64,000 nt of DNA from Spirochaetia bacterium (lineage in GTDB: Bacteria > Spirochaetota > Spirochaetia > SZUA-6 > Bin103), in assembly GCA_965198005.1 (NCBI GenBank), contig CBDAOI010000003.1, forward strand, positions 1,088,001 to 1,152,000, written 5' to 3'. Both the position numbers and the translations under genes were made by a program. Of the stretch, positions 10,184 through 19,696 are shown piece by piece; position 1 is the stretch's first letter, and every line of letters starts with the position of its first letter. The notes below the pieces were generated by a model, which was not told where the DNA came from, did no database searches, and was given only the letters and a program-made list of their open reading frames with translations.

Positions 10184-10261
10184 ACATCCGTCACGTCTCC
10201 ATGGTACCGGTAAACGGCAGCATCTGCCCACGGGCACCGAATCCCGAAGAACACGGAATCC

Positions 10262-10310
10262 CCGATATCTCCGATATCCCCGATTGACCGGCTTGACCGG
10301 CTTGACCGGC
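10262..10310. repeat. 9-bp tandem repeats (CCGATATCY x2, TTGACCGGC x3) in the divergent tRNA-Leu/rplU promoter region
   Basis: Read directly from the sequence. Confidence 0.8.
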
Positions 10311-10364
10311 GCGGTGCCGCCGCGGTAGGTTTCCGGGCACGAGACACGTTGTTCTCGCCGAATC

Positions 10365-10676
10365 ATGTATGCATTAGTGGAAATTCAGGGACGGCAGTAT
10401 CGCGTACGCGAGGGGGCCCGGATCACCGTCGACCGCATGGCGGACGCCGGCGAGACCGTCGAGTTGAGCGGCGTGCTGCTGGTGGCGCACGACGGCGAGG
10501 TTCGCATCGGGCGGCCCTACGTGGCCGGGGCGCGGGTGACAGCCACGCTCCAGGGACACACCCGCGGGCGCAAGGTGGTAGTCTACAAGTATCGCCGGCG
10601 CAAGCACTATCGCCGCAAGCAGGGGCATCGCCAGGCGCTGACGCGGCTGCGGATCGATTCGATCGAGGTGGCCTGA
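10365..10676 (+). CDS. rplU: 50S ribosomal protein L21
   Basis: [14 protein letters not shown]...[11 protein letters not shown]. Confidence 0.96.
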   Translation: MYALVEIQGRQYRVREGARITVDRMADAGETVELSGVLLVAHDGEVRIGRPYVAGARVTATLQGHTRGRKVVVYKYRRRKHYRRKQGHRQALTRLRIDSIEVA

Positions 10677-10930
10677 TGGCACACAAGAAGGGTGGCGGAA
10701 GCTCGCGCAACGGTCGCGATTCGCGTGGCCAGCGACTCGGAGTAAAGCGGTTCGGCGGTGAGGTGGTGACCGCGGGGACGATCCTGGTGCGGCAACGCGG
10801 AACCCGCCTGCACGCCGGCGACAACGTCGGCTGCGGTCGCGACCACACCTTGTACGCACGCGTCACCGGCACCGTGACGTATCTGACGCGGCGCGGGCGC
10901 ACGCTGGTCGCGATCGATCCGCTCACCTGA
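10676..10930 (+). CDS. rpmA: 50S ribosomal protein L27
   Basis: [29 protein letters not shown] coupling to rplU. Confidence 0.97.
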   Translation: MAHKKGGGSSRNGRDSRGQRLGVKRFGGEVVTAGTILVRQRGTRLHAGDNVGCGRDHTLYARVTGTVTYLTRRGRTLVAIDPLT

Positions 10931-10940
10931 TACCGGTGGC

Positions 10941-11957
10941 GTGTCGGGATTCGTCGACCAGGCCACGATTACCGTAAGCTCGGGCGCCGGAGGCAGGGGC
11001 GTGGTCTCCTTCCGGCGCGAAAGGTATGTCCCGCGCGGGGGCCCCGACGGCGGCGACGGCGGCCGCGGCGGCGACGTGATCTTCGTCGTACGACGAAACC
11101 TGCATACGCTCGCGCACCTGACCGGGCGGCGCGAGTATCGGGCCGAGGACGGCCGTCCCGGCGGCGCGCGCCGGCAGTCCGGGGCTGGCGGCGCCGCGGT
11201 GCGGATCCTGGTGCCGCCCGGTACCGCGGTGCATGACGCCGCTTCCGGGGATCTGGTGTGCGATCTGATCGAGCCTGACCGGGAGTGGGTGTGCCTGCAG
11301 GGCGGCGGCGGCGGTGCCGGCAACGTCCGGTTCGCGACCGCCGTACGCCGGGCGCCGCGCATCGCGACGCCCGGCCGCCCGCGCCGCGAGTTGCGGCTGC
11401 GGCTCGAGCTCCGGATGATCGCCGACATCGGTCTGGTGGGATTGCCCAACGCCGGCAAGTCGACCCTGCTGCGGTCCCTGACCAACGCCAGGCCGCGGGT
11501 CGCCGCCTATCCGTTCACCACCACCATCCCCCATCTGGGGGTGCTCCGCGAACGCGATCGGTGGGACCGGTTGCCGGACGTCGTAATCGCCGACATTCCC
11601 GGTATTCTGGAGGGAGCGTCGGCCGGCGCCGGCCTCGGGCTGCGGTTTCTCGACCACGTCACGCGCGCGCGCATGCTGGCGTTCGTCATCGATCTTACCG
11701 AACTTGCCGATCGTGCAGTGGTCGAACGTGATCCGGTCGGGCTGCTGGAAACCGAGCTGCGCTCCTACCGCCCGGAGTTGGTGGAGCGACCGCGGGTGGT
11801 CATCGGCACCAAGCAGGACCTGGACGTCGACGGCTCCCTCGGCGCGGGTCTCCGTGCCCGTTACCCGGAGGAGCGGGTCGTGACCGTCTCCGCCCGATCC
11901 GGAATCGGCCTTCCGCAGCTGCGCGGCCTGCTGTGCGAGCTGGCCCACGCCGCGTGA
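10941..11957 (+). CDS. obgE: GTPase ObgE/CgtA
   Basis: FRRERYVPRGGPDGGDGGRGG, GLPNAGKST, YPFTT, DIPG. Confidence 0.95.
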   Translation: MSGFVDQATITVSSGAGGRGVVSFRRERYVPRGGPDGGDGGRGGDVIFVVRRNLHTLAHLTGRREYRAEDGRPGGARRQSGAGGAAVRILVPPGTAVHDAASGDLVCDLIEPDREWVCLQGGGGGAGNVRFATAVRRAPRIATPGRPRRELRLRLELRMIADIGLVGLPNAGKSTLLRSLTNARPRVAAYPFTTTIPHLGVLRERDRWDRLPDVVIADIPGILEGASAGAGLGLRFLDHVTRARMLAFVIDLTELADRAVVERDPVGLLETELRSYRPELVERPRVVIGTKQDLDVDGSLGAGLRARYPEERVVTVSARSGIGLPQLRGLLCELAHAA

Positions 11958-12565
11958 GTCGGCAGCCGGCGCCGATCGGCTCGCGGCGCGTGGCGCTGCT
12001 GGGCGGCTCGTTCGACCCGGTCCACGTCGCCCATCTGCACATTGCGGAAGTAGTGCTTGCCACGGGTCGGTACGACCAGGTATTGCTGGTGCCGGCGCAC
12101 CTCCCGTCGCGCCCGTCAGCCGCGTGCCTGGCCGCCGGGGAACACCGGTTGGCGATGCTGCGCCTGGCGATTGCCGGCAGGCCGGGCTTCGCGGTGTCCG
12201 ACCTGGAGCTGCGGCGCGGCGGCGTCTCCTACACCGTCGACACGGTGCGCGAGCTGCAGCGCGCGCGCCTGGTGAGCGCGCATCCCGGTTTGGTGGTGGG
12301 CGACGATCTCGGCCCGGAACTGAATTCCTGGCGCGAGGCGCCGGCGCTGTTGGCGATGGTCGAGCTTCTCGTAGCGCGGCGCAGCCCACGACCGGCCGCG
12401 CTGGCGCTGCCGCACCGTGCGCTCGGCAACCATCTGCTGCCGCTGTCCTCGTCCGCGGTACGCGCCCGCGTGCGTGCCGGCAAGGTGATCCGGTTCCTGG
12501 TGCCGGACGCCGTGGCGGCTTACATTACCGAGCACAATCTGTATGGCACGGACTACGGTCACTAA
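11954..12565 (+). CDS. nadD: Nicotinate-nucleotide adenylyltransferase
   Basis: LLGGSFDPVHVAH, SYTVDT, LSSSAVR; follows obgE. Confidence 0.9.
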   Translation: MSRQPAPIGSRRVALLGGSFDPVHVAHLHIAEVVLATGRYDQVLLVPAHLPSRPSAACLAAGEHRLAMLRLAIAGRPGFAVSDLELRRGGVSYTVDTVRELQRARLVSAHPGLVVGDDLGPELNSWREAPALLAMVELLVARRSPRPAALALPHRALGNHLLPLSSSAVRARVRAGKVIRFLVPDAVAAYITEHNLYGTDYGH

Positions 12566-13811
12566 CGCCGGTTATCCGTCCACCCGGCGCGGCGGTCGTT
12601 CCTCCGGTACCCGACTCGGTCGGCGTGAGGGACGAGACCGTCACTATCTGCTGCTGATCGCCATCATCCTGTTGCTCGGCGGTGCCGTGACCTGGGCCGT
12701 AACGGAGCTCCGCAGTGACGAGGTTACCCAATGGCTGCAGGAGGACAAGCAACTGGTCGGGATAATCGTGGTCTCGGATCCCGACCATCGCGTGGCCTTC
12801 GAGGTGCTGTTCGCGGATACCGGAACCGGCCAGGCAGCGCTGCTGTTCGTGCCGGGGAACCTGGGAACGTTGATCGAGAGTCGCAATCGCATGGACGCCC
12901 TGGAGACCGTCTACCAGCAGCCCGGCGCCGCGGCGCCGCTGATCGCTCAGCTCACCGATCTGCTCGGCGTAGAGCCGCAGTTCGTGCTCGACCTTACCGG
13001 TACGCGGATGCGTGATCTGGTGGACCTGGTCGGCGGCGTCCAGGTGTTCATTCCCGATTCCGTAGATACCCGGAGCGCCGGCGGCGAAGTGCTGCTGCCG
13101 TCCGGGTCGGTGCTGCTCGACGGCGACAAGGCACTGGCCTATCTCGGCTACACGGTCGACGGCGAGCCGTTGCTTGAGCGCGCCGGACGGATCCACCGGC
13201 TGCACCACGGGCTGCTCAAACGGCTGCGCGAGCAGCCCCGGCTCATGCAGGACGAGAGCGTCCGGCGGCTGCTGTATCGCCGACTGGACACCGATCTGAC
13301 GGCGCGCGGGTTGGCCACGCTCATGTCGGTGCTCTCCGAGCTTCGTCCCGAGCAGATGATATTCCAGTACGCTCTCGGTCAGCCGCAGCTCGTAGATGGT
13401 CGCACGCTGCTGTTTCCCTACTACGAAGGCGGACTGGTGCGGGAGGCGACCGCCCAGATCGTCGGGAATCTGGCTACGGACAACTCCGGGTCCGGTGTCG
13501 GCGGCGGCAGCGGCCGTTCGGCGACCGTCGAGATCCTGAACGGTACCGATGTTCCGGGCTTGGCGCGCCGTACCGCCAATCTGTTCCAGAGCTTCGGCTA
13601 CGGCGTTCGCACCATCGCCAACGCCGACCACAACCAGCACGTCGTCACGCGGGTGATCGACCGCCGCGGCCGACCCGAGCTGGCTTCCGAGGTGGTGGAG
13701 CTGATGGGCTGCAGTTCGGACCGGATCGCCACCGAGATCGCCACAGATGCGGCGGCGGACATCACAATCGTGCTCGGCGGCGACTTCAACGGTAGACGCT
13801 GCGATGGATAG
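12543..13811 (+). CDS. LCP (LytR-CpsA-Psr) family protein with LytR C-terminal domain
   Basis: N-terminal TM helix, LVDLVGGVQV, LDGDKALAY, VEILNGTDVPGLA, ADITIVLGGD. Confidence 0.85.
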   Translation: MARTTVTNAGYPSTRRGGRSSGTRLGRREGRDRHYLLLIAIILLLGGAVTWAVTELRSDEVTQWLQEDKQLVGIIVVSDPDHRVAFEVLFADTGTGQAALLFVPGNLGTLIESRNRMDALETVYQQPGAAAPLIAQLTDLLGVEPQFVLDLTGTRMRDLVDLVGGVQVFIPDSVDTRSAGGEVLLPSGSVLLDGDKALAYLGYTVDGEPLLERAGRIHRLHHGLLKRLREQPRLMQDESVRRLLYRRLDTDLTARGLATLMSVLSELRPEQMIFQYALGQPQLVDGRTLLFPYYEGGLVREATAQIVGNLATDNSGSGVGGGSGRSATVEILNGTDVPGLARRTANLFQSFGYGVRTIANADHNQHVVTRVIDRRGRPELASEVVELMGCSSDRIATEIATDAAADITIVLGGDFNGRRCDG

Positions 13812-14169
13812 TCCCCTGGGAGAGGGGCAGGCGTGCGCCTTGGGGCGGCTGCTGGACGAGCACCAGTGCACGGGCACGGTGGTCCTTGACATCTCCGCCG
13901 TGAGCGACGTAGCGGACTTCTTCATCATCGCCACCGCCCGCAGCTCGACCCACCTGCGCGGCGTCCATGGCTACGTGCTGGACTATCTCAGGGAACAGGG
14001 GATCCGGCCCCTGGCCGGGCACAAGCGGGCGCACGACAATCTCTGGCTGCTGGTAGATCTCGGACCCATCGTGGTGCACCTGATGGAGCACGACACGCGT
14101 GCGTTCTACGAGCTGGAGAAGCTCTGGTTCACCGGTCGCGTGGTGGACTACTCCTCGAATTCGTCGTAA
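13804..14169 (+). CDS. rsfS: Ribosome silencing factor RsfS (Iojap)
   Basis: ADFFIIATARS, WLLVDLGPIVVHLM, RAFYELEKLW. Confidence 0.92.
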   Translation: MDSPLGEGQACALGRLLDEHQCTGTVVLDISAVSDVADFFIIATARSSTHLRGVHGYVLDYLREQGIRPLAGHKRAHDNLWLLVDLGPIVVHLMEHDTRAFYELEKLWFTGRVVDYSSNSS

Positions 14170-14660
14170 TCGCGGATGTCGTCGTCATCATCCTCGAAGG
14201 TATCCCCTTCGACCATGACTCCGTCCGTCTCCTTGTCGAGCTCGCCGTCGTCGCCGTCGTCGTCGTCATCATCATCATCATCATCGTCGTCGTCGTCGTC
14301 GGTGAATTTCGCCGCCCCGGCGGGGCTGTCGCCGAGGTCGTCGTCGTCGAGTTCATCCGAGTCCTTGTCGTCCTCCTCTTCCTCATCGTCCTCGTCGTCC
14401 TCCTCGTCGTCGTCGTCGTCGTCCTCGCCATCGTCGAACTCGCCGTCGAGGTCGTCCTCGTCGTCCTCCTCTTCCTCATCATCGAGGTTGTCGTCCTCGA
14501 ACTCCTCGTCGTCGTCCTCGAATCCATCCTCAAAGTCGTCGTCGAAGTCCTCGAAGTCACCGCCGAGGCCGGCTGCCTCCAGGTAGCCTCGAGCCGAATC
14601 GCCACCGCCGGAGGGGACGGTACCGGCACCACACCGCATAGGGGTCAATAACGAAGCCAA
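14148..14660 (-). CDS. Extremely acidic (Asp/Glu-rich) low-complexity hypothetical protein
   Basis: Open frame with a long D/E tract using mixed GAC/GAT/GAG/GAA codons; AGAGGA RBS before TTG 14660. Confidence 0.65.
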   Translation of the reverse strand: MASLLTPMRCGAGTVPSGGGDSARGYLEAAGLGGDFEDFDDDFEDGFEDDDEEFEDDNLDDEEEEDDEDDLDGEFDDGEDDDDDDEEDDEDDEEEEDDKDSDELDDDDLGDSPAGAAKFTDDDDDDDDDDDDDDDGDDGELDKETDGVMVEGDTFEDDDDDIRDYDEFEE

Positions 14661-14791
14661 GGTTCCTCTCTTTACACCATCCAGTAGCAGATCCGCCACC
14701 GCGCCGCCCCTTCGGGGGACGGATGACGGGGCCTCACCGTCGTGTGCCAGCATTCTATGAGCCACGTGTCGAGTTGTGTCAACGCATGCGC

Positions 14792-14820
14792 TGGACAAGT
14801 TTGGGATCTTGTTCTATGTT
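14792..14820 (+). promoter_or_regulatory. Putative promoter for spoVG-tRNA-rplY
   Basis: TGGACA-N17-TATGTT. Confidence 0.4.
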
Positions 14821-14863
14821 CAGTGCCCGTGCTGGCAGCCGCCGCGCGAGTTCGGAGGTTTTC

Positions 14864-15145
14864 GTGGAGATCACCGATATCCGTATCAAGCGAACCGCCT
14901 CCGAGGGTAAGCTGATGGCGTACGTCACGGTTACGTTCGGCGGCTGCTTCGTGGTACACAACATCAAGGTTATCCAGGGGCTGCAGGGTCCGTTCGTGGC
15001 CATGCCCAGCCGCAGGACCAGAACCGGCGAGTACAAGGATATCGCGCACCCGATCAACTCGGAGTTCCGCAATGTGCTCCAGAAGCGTATTCTGGAGGTG
15101 TACCAGCGGACTTCAGCCGCTCCGCCCGAAGCCGAAGCGGATTGA
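14864..15145 (+). CDS. spoVG: SpoVG family nucleic-acid-binding protein
   Basis: MEITDIRI...FVVHNIKVI...FVAMPSRR...YKDIAHPIN; GGAGG RBS. Confidence 0.95.
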   Translation: MEITDIRIKRTASEGKLMAYVTVTFGGCFVVHNIKVIQGLQGPFVAMPSRRTRTGEYKDIAHPINSEFRNVLQKRILEVYQRTSAAPPEAEAD

Positions 15146-15162
15146 AGCGTCTGTGTTCACCA

Positions 15163-15234
15163 TGGGACGTCGGCAAGTGGTAAGCCACCGGTTTTTGGTA
15201 CCGGCACTCGCAGGTTCGAATCCTGCCGTCCCAG
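15163..15234 (+). tRNA. tRNA-Gln (UUG)
   Basis: TGGGACG/CGTCCCA stem, CCGGT-TTTTGGT-ACCGG anticodon arm, GGTTCGAATCC. Confidence 0.95.
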
Positions 15235-15330
15235 CAACCGGAGCGTTGCGCCGGCCGCGCGCGCACCGGACACCGGCACCGGATCACATGCACCGCAGCC
15301 GCCCGGGTGGCTGCCAGGGAGTTCGTTCAC

Positions 15331-15963
15331 ATGGCTGACCGCAGTTTGACCGCCGCCCTGCGCGCGGAGACCAAGAAGGGTGCGGCGCGTCGTTTGCGCC
15401 GCCAGGGACGGATCCCCGCCGTCATGTACGGGCACCGCGAGCCGGTGCTGCTGAGCATCGACGCCCTGGAGTTCTCGCGCAAGTTTCAACAGATATCGGA
15501 AAGCACGATCATCCATCTCACCGCCGGCGGCGAGAGCTACGACGTGCTGGTAAAGGATTATCAGGCCGACCACCTCGCCGACCGGATCAACCACATCGAC
15601 TTCTTCGAGATCGAGCGGGGCAAGCTGCTGCGGGCCAAAGTGCTGCTGCACTTTGTCGGCAACCCGATCGGGGTGCGTGAGGGGGGGCTGCAGGAGTTGC
15701 TCCTGCATGAGGTGGACGTGGAGAGTCTGCCCAAGGATCTGCCGGAGCGGCTCGACGTGGAACTCGAGCCGCTGGCGGTCGGCCAATCGGTGCGCGTCTC
15801 GGAGCTGACCCCGCCGGAGGGAGTACGGATACTGAATTCCCCCGATCAGGTAGTCGTGTTGATCGCTCACAAGGTGGAGGAGGTGGCGCCGGACGAAGCC
15901 GAGGACTCGGATGAGGAGTTGGATGCCGCCGACGAGGGTGCGGTCGACGAGGACGAGGTCTGA
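15331..15963 (+). CDS. rplY: 50S ribosomal protein L25/Ctc
   Basis: ARRLRRQGRIPAVMYG, HIDF, GVREGG, acidic tail. Confidence 0.95.
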   Translation: MADRSLTAALRAETKKGAARRLRRQGRIPAVMYGHREPVLLSIDALEFSRKFQQISESTIIHLTAGGESYDVLVKDYQADHLADRINHIDFFEIERGKLLRAKVLLHFVGNPIGVREGGLQELLLHEVDVESLPKDLPERLDVELEPLAVGQSVRVSELTPPEGVRILNSPDQVVVLIAHKVEEVAPDEAEDSDEELDAADEGAVDEDEV

Positions 15964-16024
15964 CGCGCGAGTCGAGTGCACGGCGCCACGTGCCGGCGCC
16001 GGATCCGGGTAGCACGGGCGGGCG

Positions 16025-16606
16025 ATGGGCCTCGTCTTGGTCGGTCTGGGCAACCCGGGGTTGCGCTATGCCCGGACCCGGCATAATGCCGGGTTTCAGG
16101 TAGTGGACTGTGTCGCTCGGCGGCTCGGGGTACGGTTGCACCGGCGCCCGCGCCGCAGCTATGCGCTGGCGCGGGTGCGGTTCGAGGGTGCGCCGCTGAC
16201 ACTGGTGCGGCCGCTGACCTACATGAACACCGCGGGCGCGGTGGTGAAGCCGGTGCTCGCCGAAAGCAACGCCGAGGTCGCGGACCTGATGGTGGTGTGC
16301 GACACCATGGATCTGGAGCCGGGTGCGAGCCGGTTGCGGCTGAGCGGGTCGTCGGCCGGCAACAAGGGGCTGGACTCGATCCTGCGCGTGCTCGGCACCG
16401 AGCAGGTGAAGCGGATCTACCTCGGCGTCGGTCGCCCGCTCCCTGGAGTGCCGGTGATAGAGCACGTGCTCGGGCGGCCGCGGGGAGCCGCGGCGCGCGC
16501 GCTCGAGCAGGCGGTGGAGCGGGTCTGCGCGAACCTCGAACTGCTCATGCAGGGCGACTACGGGCGGGCGATGAACCGGATCAACCAGCGGGGGCCGGCG
16601 GCGTGA
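16025..16606 (+). CDS. pth: Peptidyl-tRNA hydrolase
   Basis: GLGNPG..Y..TRHNAG, PLTYMN; follows rplY. Confidence 0.92.
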   Translation: MGLVLVGLGNPGLRYARTRHNAGFQVVDCVARRLGVRLHRRPRRSYALARVRFEGAPLTLVRPLTYMNTAGAVVKPVLAESNAEVADLMVVCDTMDLEPGASRLRLSGSSAGNKGLDSILRVLGTEQVKRIYLGVGRPLPGVPVIEHVLGRPRGAAARALEQAVERVCANLELLMQGDYGRAMNRINQRGPAA

Positions 16607-17694
16607 GCGGCCGGCGGGCGTCCGACCCGCTGCACCGGACCCGTCTGGCGGTGGAGCGGGCCGCGTTGCCGCGTCCCGCCACGGTGGTGGTAGCCATGTC
16701 GGGCGGCCCCGACTCGGCGGCCTTGGGTCTGACCCTGTGCCGTGTGGCGCCGCAACTCGACCTGCGCGTGGTGGCCGCCCACTACGACCACGGACTGCGC
16801 GCGGCCGCCTCCCGCGCCGAGGAACGGACTGTGGTGCGGCGGCAGGCGGCGGTGCTGGGATTGGAGTTGGTGGAGGGCGCGGCACCGCCGGGGCACCTCC
16901 AGCGCCGTCGGCAGGTCAGCGGCCGCAGCGTGGAAGAGCTCGCGCGCGAGCAGCGCTACGCCTTTCTGCTCGCCGTGCTGGCCAAGCGCCGCGCCCACTG
17001 TCTCGCGGTTGGCCATCACCTGGATGACGATCTGGAGACGATTCTCATGCGCGCGTTGCAGGGCAGCCTGCACGGCGGCGGCATTCCGTTCCGCAGCGGC
17101 GTAGTGCTGCGTCCGCTGCTGCACGTGCGCCGGGCCACGCTGCGCGCGTACGTGGCGGCCGCCGGGCTGCCCGTGCTGGAAGACCCGACCAATTGCGATC
17201 GGCGCCTGCTGCGGAATCGGATTCGAGGTGTGCTGCCGGCGTTGGAGGCGGCCGTTCCCGGTATGGCCGGCAACCTGCCCGCCCTGGCGCAGGCCGCGGC
17301 GGGCGGGTGGCACCGGGTTCTGGAGGAGGCGCAGCGGGAGGTGCCGTGGCGCTACGGGTACGATCGCGCGCGCGGCGTCCACTACACCGTGCGGGCGGTC
17401 AGTTTCTGGGGGGCGGCACCGCTGGTGCGGCAGGCGGCCCTGTACCGCGTGTATGACGCCGTGTCCAGCGCCGGCGTCAGCGGGCGCCACGGCCGCCCGC
17501 GGCTGCCGCGCCGGTTCCTGCGCACGTTGCTGGGTGCGCCGCCGGCGCACGGGCGGCTGCAGCTCAGCGGCCACGGCGTATCCATTACCTGCGGCCCGGT
17601 CCTGGTGTGTGTGGCCCGGCAACCCCGGCAAGCGGTGCGGCCGGCGGGGCCGGCGGCGTCAGGTTGTCTCCGGCCGCCACAATCGCTATCTTAA
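16603..17694 (+). CDS. tilS: tRNA(Ile)-lysidine synthetase
   Basis: SGGPDS PP-loop, HYDHGLR, AREQRY, GHHLDDDLET, EDPTN, RNRIR. Confidence 0.9.
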   Translation: MSGRRASDPLHRTRLAVERAALPRPATVVVAMSGGPDSAALGLTLCRVAPQLDLRVVAAHYDHGLRAAASRAEERTVVRRQAAVLGLELVEGAAPPGHLQRRRQVSGRSVEELAREQRYAFLLAVLAKRRAHCLAVGHHLDDDLETILMRALQGSLHGGGIPFRSGVVLRPLLHVRRATLRAYVAAAGLPVLEDPTNCDRRLLRNRIRGVLPALEAAVPGMAGNLPALAQAAAGGWHRVLEEAQREVPWRYGYDRARGVHYTVRAVSFWGAAPLVRQAALYRVYDAVSSAGVSGRHGRPRLPRRFLRTLLGAPPAHGRLQLSGHGVSITCGPVLVCVARQPRQAVRPAGPAASGCLRPPQSLS

Positions 17695-17762
17695 CCCTGT
17701 TCGAGCGTACCCCGCGCCGTTGCAGCAGCGTGTGACCGGCGTCATTCTCGGGTCAGCGAAAC

Positions 17763-19655
17763 GTGAGTAGCGGCGACAACAAAAATCCTCAGCGGAAAGG
17801 TCCCGACTCGGGGTTCCCGAAGTTCAACTTCAACAATCGCGCCGCGCTTGTCACGCTCGTCATTCTGATCGTCATATTTCTGTTCATCTTCGTGTACAAT
17901 CAGGGTTCGTACACGCAGGAAGTGGCGTACTCCGTGTTCCTGAACTATCTCAACCAGGACTTGGTGGAGACGGTCGAGATCATCGACGGCTACGAGATTC
18001 AGGGGCAGCTCAAGGGGCGTCCCGGCGAGGTATTCAGAACTACCATCCCCTATTCCGATCCCGATCTGATGCGCAAGCTGGAGGAACGGACCGTCCAGGT
18101 CACCGGCCGGCCGCGCAACGTGTCGCCGTTGCGGGTGTTCGTCGACTTTCTGCCCTGGGTGTTCGGGTTCTTCTTCATCTGGTTCATGTTCCGCCAAGTG
18201 CAGGGCAGCGGGAACCGGGCCTTTTCGTTCGGCAAGAGTCGCGCCAAGCGCTACGACGAGGCCGCCAAGAAGATCAGTTTCACCGACGTCGCGGGTCAGG
18301 ACGAGGCCAAGTACGAGCTGCAGGAGGTGGTCGAGTTCCTCAAGGACCCGGGCAAGTTCGTCAAGTTGGGAGCACGCATCCCCAAGGGGGTGTTGCTGGT
18401 TGGCATGCCGGGGACCGGCAAGACGCTGCTGGCCAAGGCGATCGCCGGGGAGGCCAACGTCCCCTTCTTCCACATGTCCGGCTCCGACTTCGTGGAGATG
18501 TTCGTCGGCGTCGGGGCGAGCCGGGTCCGCGACCTGTTCGAGCAAGGGCGCAAGAATGCCCCGTGCATCCTGTTCATCGATGAGCTGGATGCGGTGGGGC
18601 GCACCCGCGGCGCCGGTTACGGCGGCGGCCACGACGAACGCGAGCAGACGCTCAACCAGATGCTGGTCGAGATGGACGGGTTCGATACCAAGGAGGGGGT
18701 GATCATCATCGCCGCTACCAATCGGCCCGACGTGCTCGACGCCGCGCTGCTGCGGCCCGGCCGGTTCGATCGGCAGGTGGTGGTGGACATGCCCGACGTC
18801 CGGGGGCGGGAGGAGATCCTCGGTATCCATATCAGGAAGATCCCGATCGCCGCCGGCGTCGATCTGAACCGGGTCGCCCGGGCCACCCCGGGCACGTCGG
18901 GCGCGGATCTGGCCAACATCGTCAACGAAGCTGCGTTGCTGGCCGCGCGCAAGAACAAAGAGCGGGTCGACATGGACGACTTCGAGGAGGCGCGCGACAA
19001 GATCATGATGGGGGTCGCGCGCCATTCGATGGTGCTGGAGCCCGAGGAACGCGAGATGACCGCCTGCCACGAGTCGGGCCACGCGTTGCTGCACTACCAC
19101 CTGGAGCACGCCGACCCGCTGCACAAGGTCACGATCGTCCCGCACGGCAATGCGCTCGGGGTCGCGTTCTCGCTGCCCGAGAAGGACTACTATTCGCGCG
19201 GCCGGGGGTGGCTGCTGGACCGCATCACCATCGCCATGGGCGGCTACGCGGCCGAACGGATCACCTACAGCGAAACCTCTACGGGAGCCAGGAACGATAT
19301 CGAGCAGGCTACCGCTCTGGCGCGCAGGATGGTGTGCGAGTGGGGCATGAGCGACACCCTGGGCCCGATCGCGTACGGCCAGAAGGATGAGCCGATCTTT
19401 CTGGGCAAGGAGATCGCGCGCCACAAGGGCTATTCGGAGGAAACCGCGCGCACGATCGACGCGGAGGTCAACGAAATCGTGACCTCCCGCCTCAACCGCG
19501 CCACCGAGTTGCTCAAGGAACATCGAGACCAGATGGAGCTGTTGGCCACCACCCTGGTACGGGAGGAGACGCTGGATGATGTCGAGATTCGCAAGCTGCT
19601 CGGCCTCGAGCCACGTCAATCCTCGTCCGGAGAGAGCAACCAGCGGGCCAGTTAG
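17763..19655 (+). CDS. ftsH: ATP-dependent zinc metalloprotease FtsH
   Basis: Two TM helices, [26 protein letters not shown]. Confidence 0.97.
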   Translation: MSSGDNKNPQRKGPDSGFPKFNFNNRAALVTLVILIVIFLFIFVYNQGSYTQEVAYSVFLNYLNQDLVETVEIIDGYEIQGQLKGRPGEVFRTTIPYSDPDLMRKLEERTVQVTGRPRNVSPLRVFVDFLPWVFGFFFIWFMFRQVQGSGNRAFSFGKSRAKRYDEAAKKISFTDVAGQDEAKYELQEVVEFLKDPGKFVKLGARIPKGVLLVGMPGTGKTLLAKAIAGEANVPFFHMSGSDFVEMFVGVGASRVRDLFEQGRKNAPCILFIDELDAVGRTRGAGYGGGHDEREQTLNQMLVEMDGFDTKEGVIIIAATNRPDVLDAALLRPGRFDRQVVVDMPDVRGREEILGIHIRKIPIAAGVDLNRVARATPGTSGADLANIVNEAALLAARKNKERVDMDDFEEARDKIMMGVARHSMVLEPEEREMTACHESGHALLHYHLEHADPLHKVTIVPHGNALGVAFSLPEKDYYSRGRGWLLDRITIAMGGYAAERITYSETSTGARNDIEQATALARRMVCEWGMSDTLGPIAYGQKDEPIFLGKEIARHKGYSEETARTIDAEVNEIVTSRLNRATELLKEHRDQMELLATTLVREETLDDVEIRKLLGLEPRQSSSGESNQRAS

Positions 19656-19696
19656 GAGTCTGTCGGATTGCGACGGACTCCTGGCGGACGGACGGG

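Noticed and set aside
14200-14560. Possible repeat array or CRISPR
   Set aside because: Trinucleotide-level coding low complexity; no constant repeat with unique spacers
14176-14586. Poly-Ser ORF (+) and poly-Thr/Met ORF (-)
   Set aside because: Alternative readings of the Asp/Glu codon tract; only the acidic frame has an RBS
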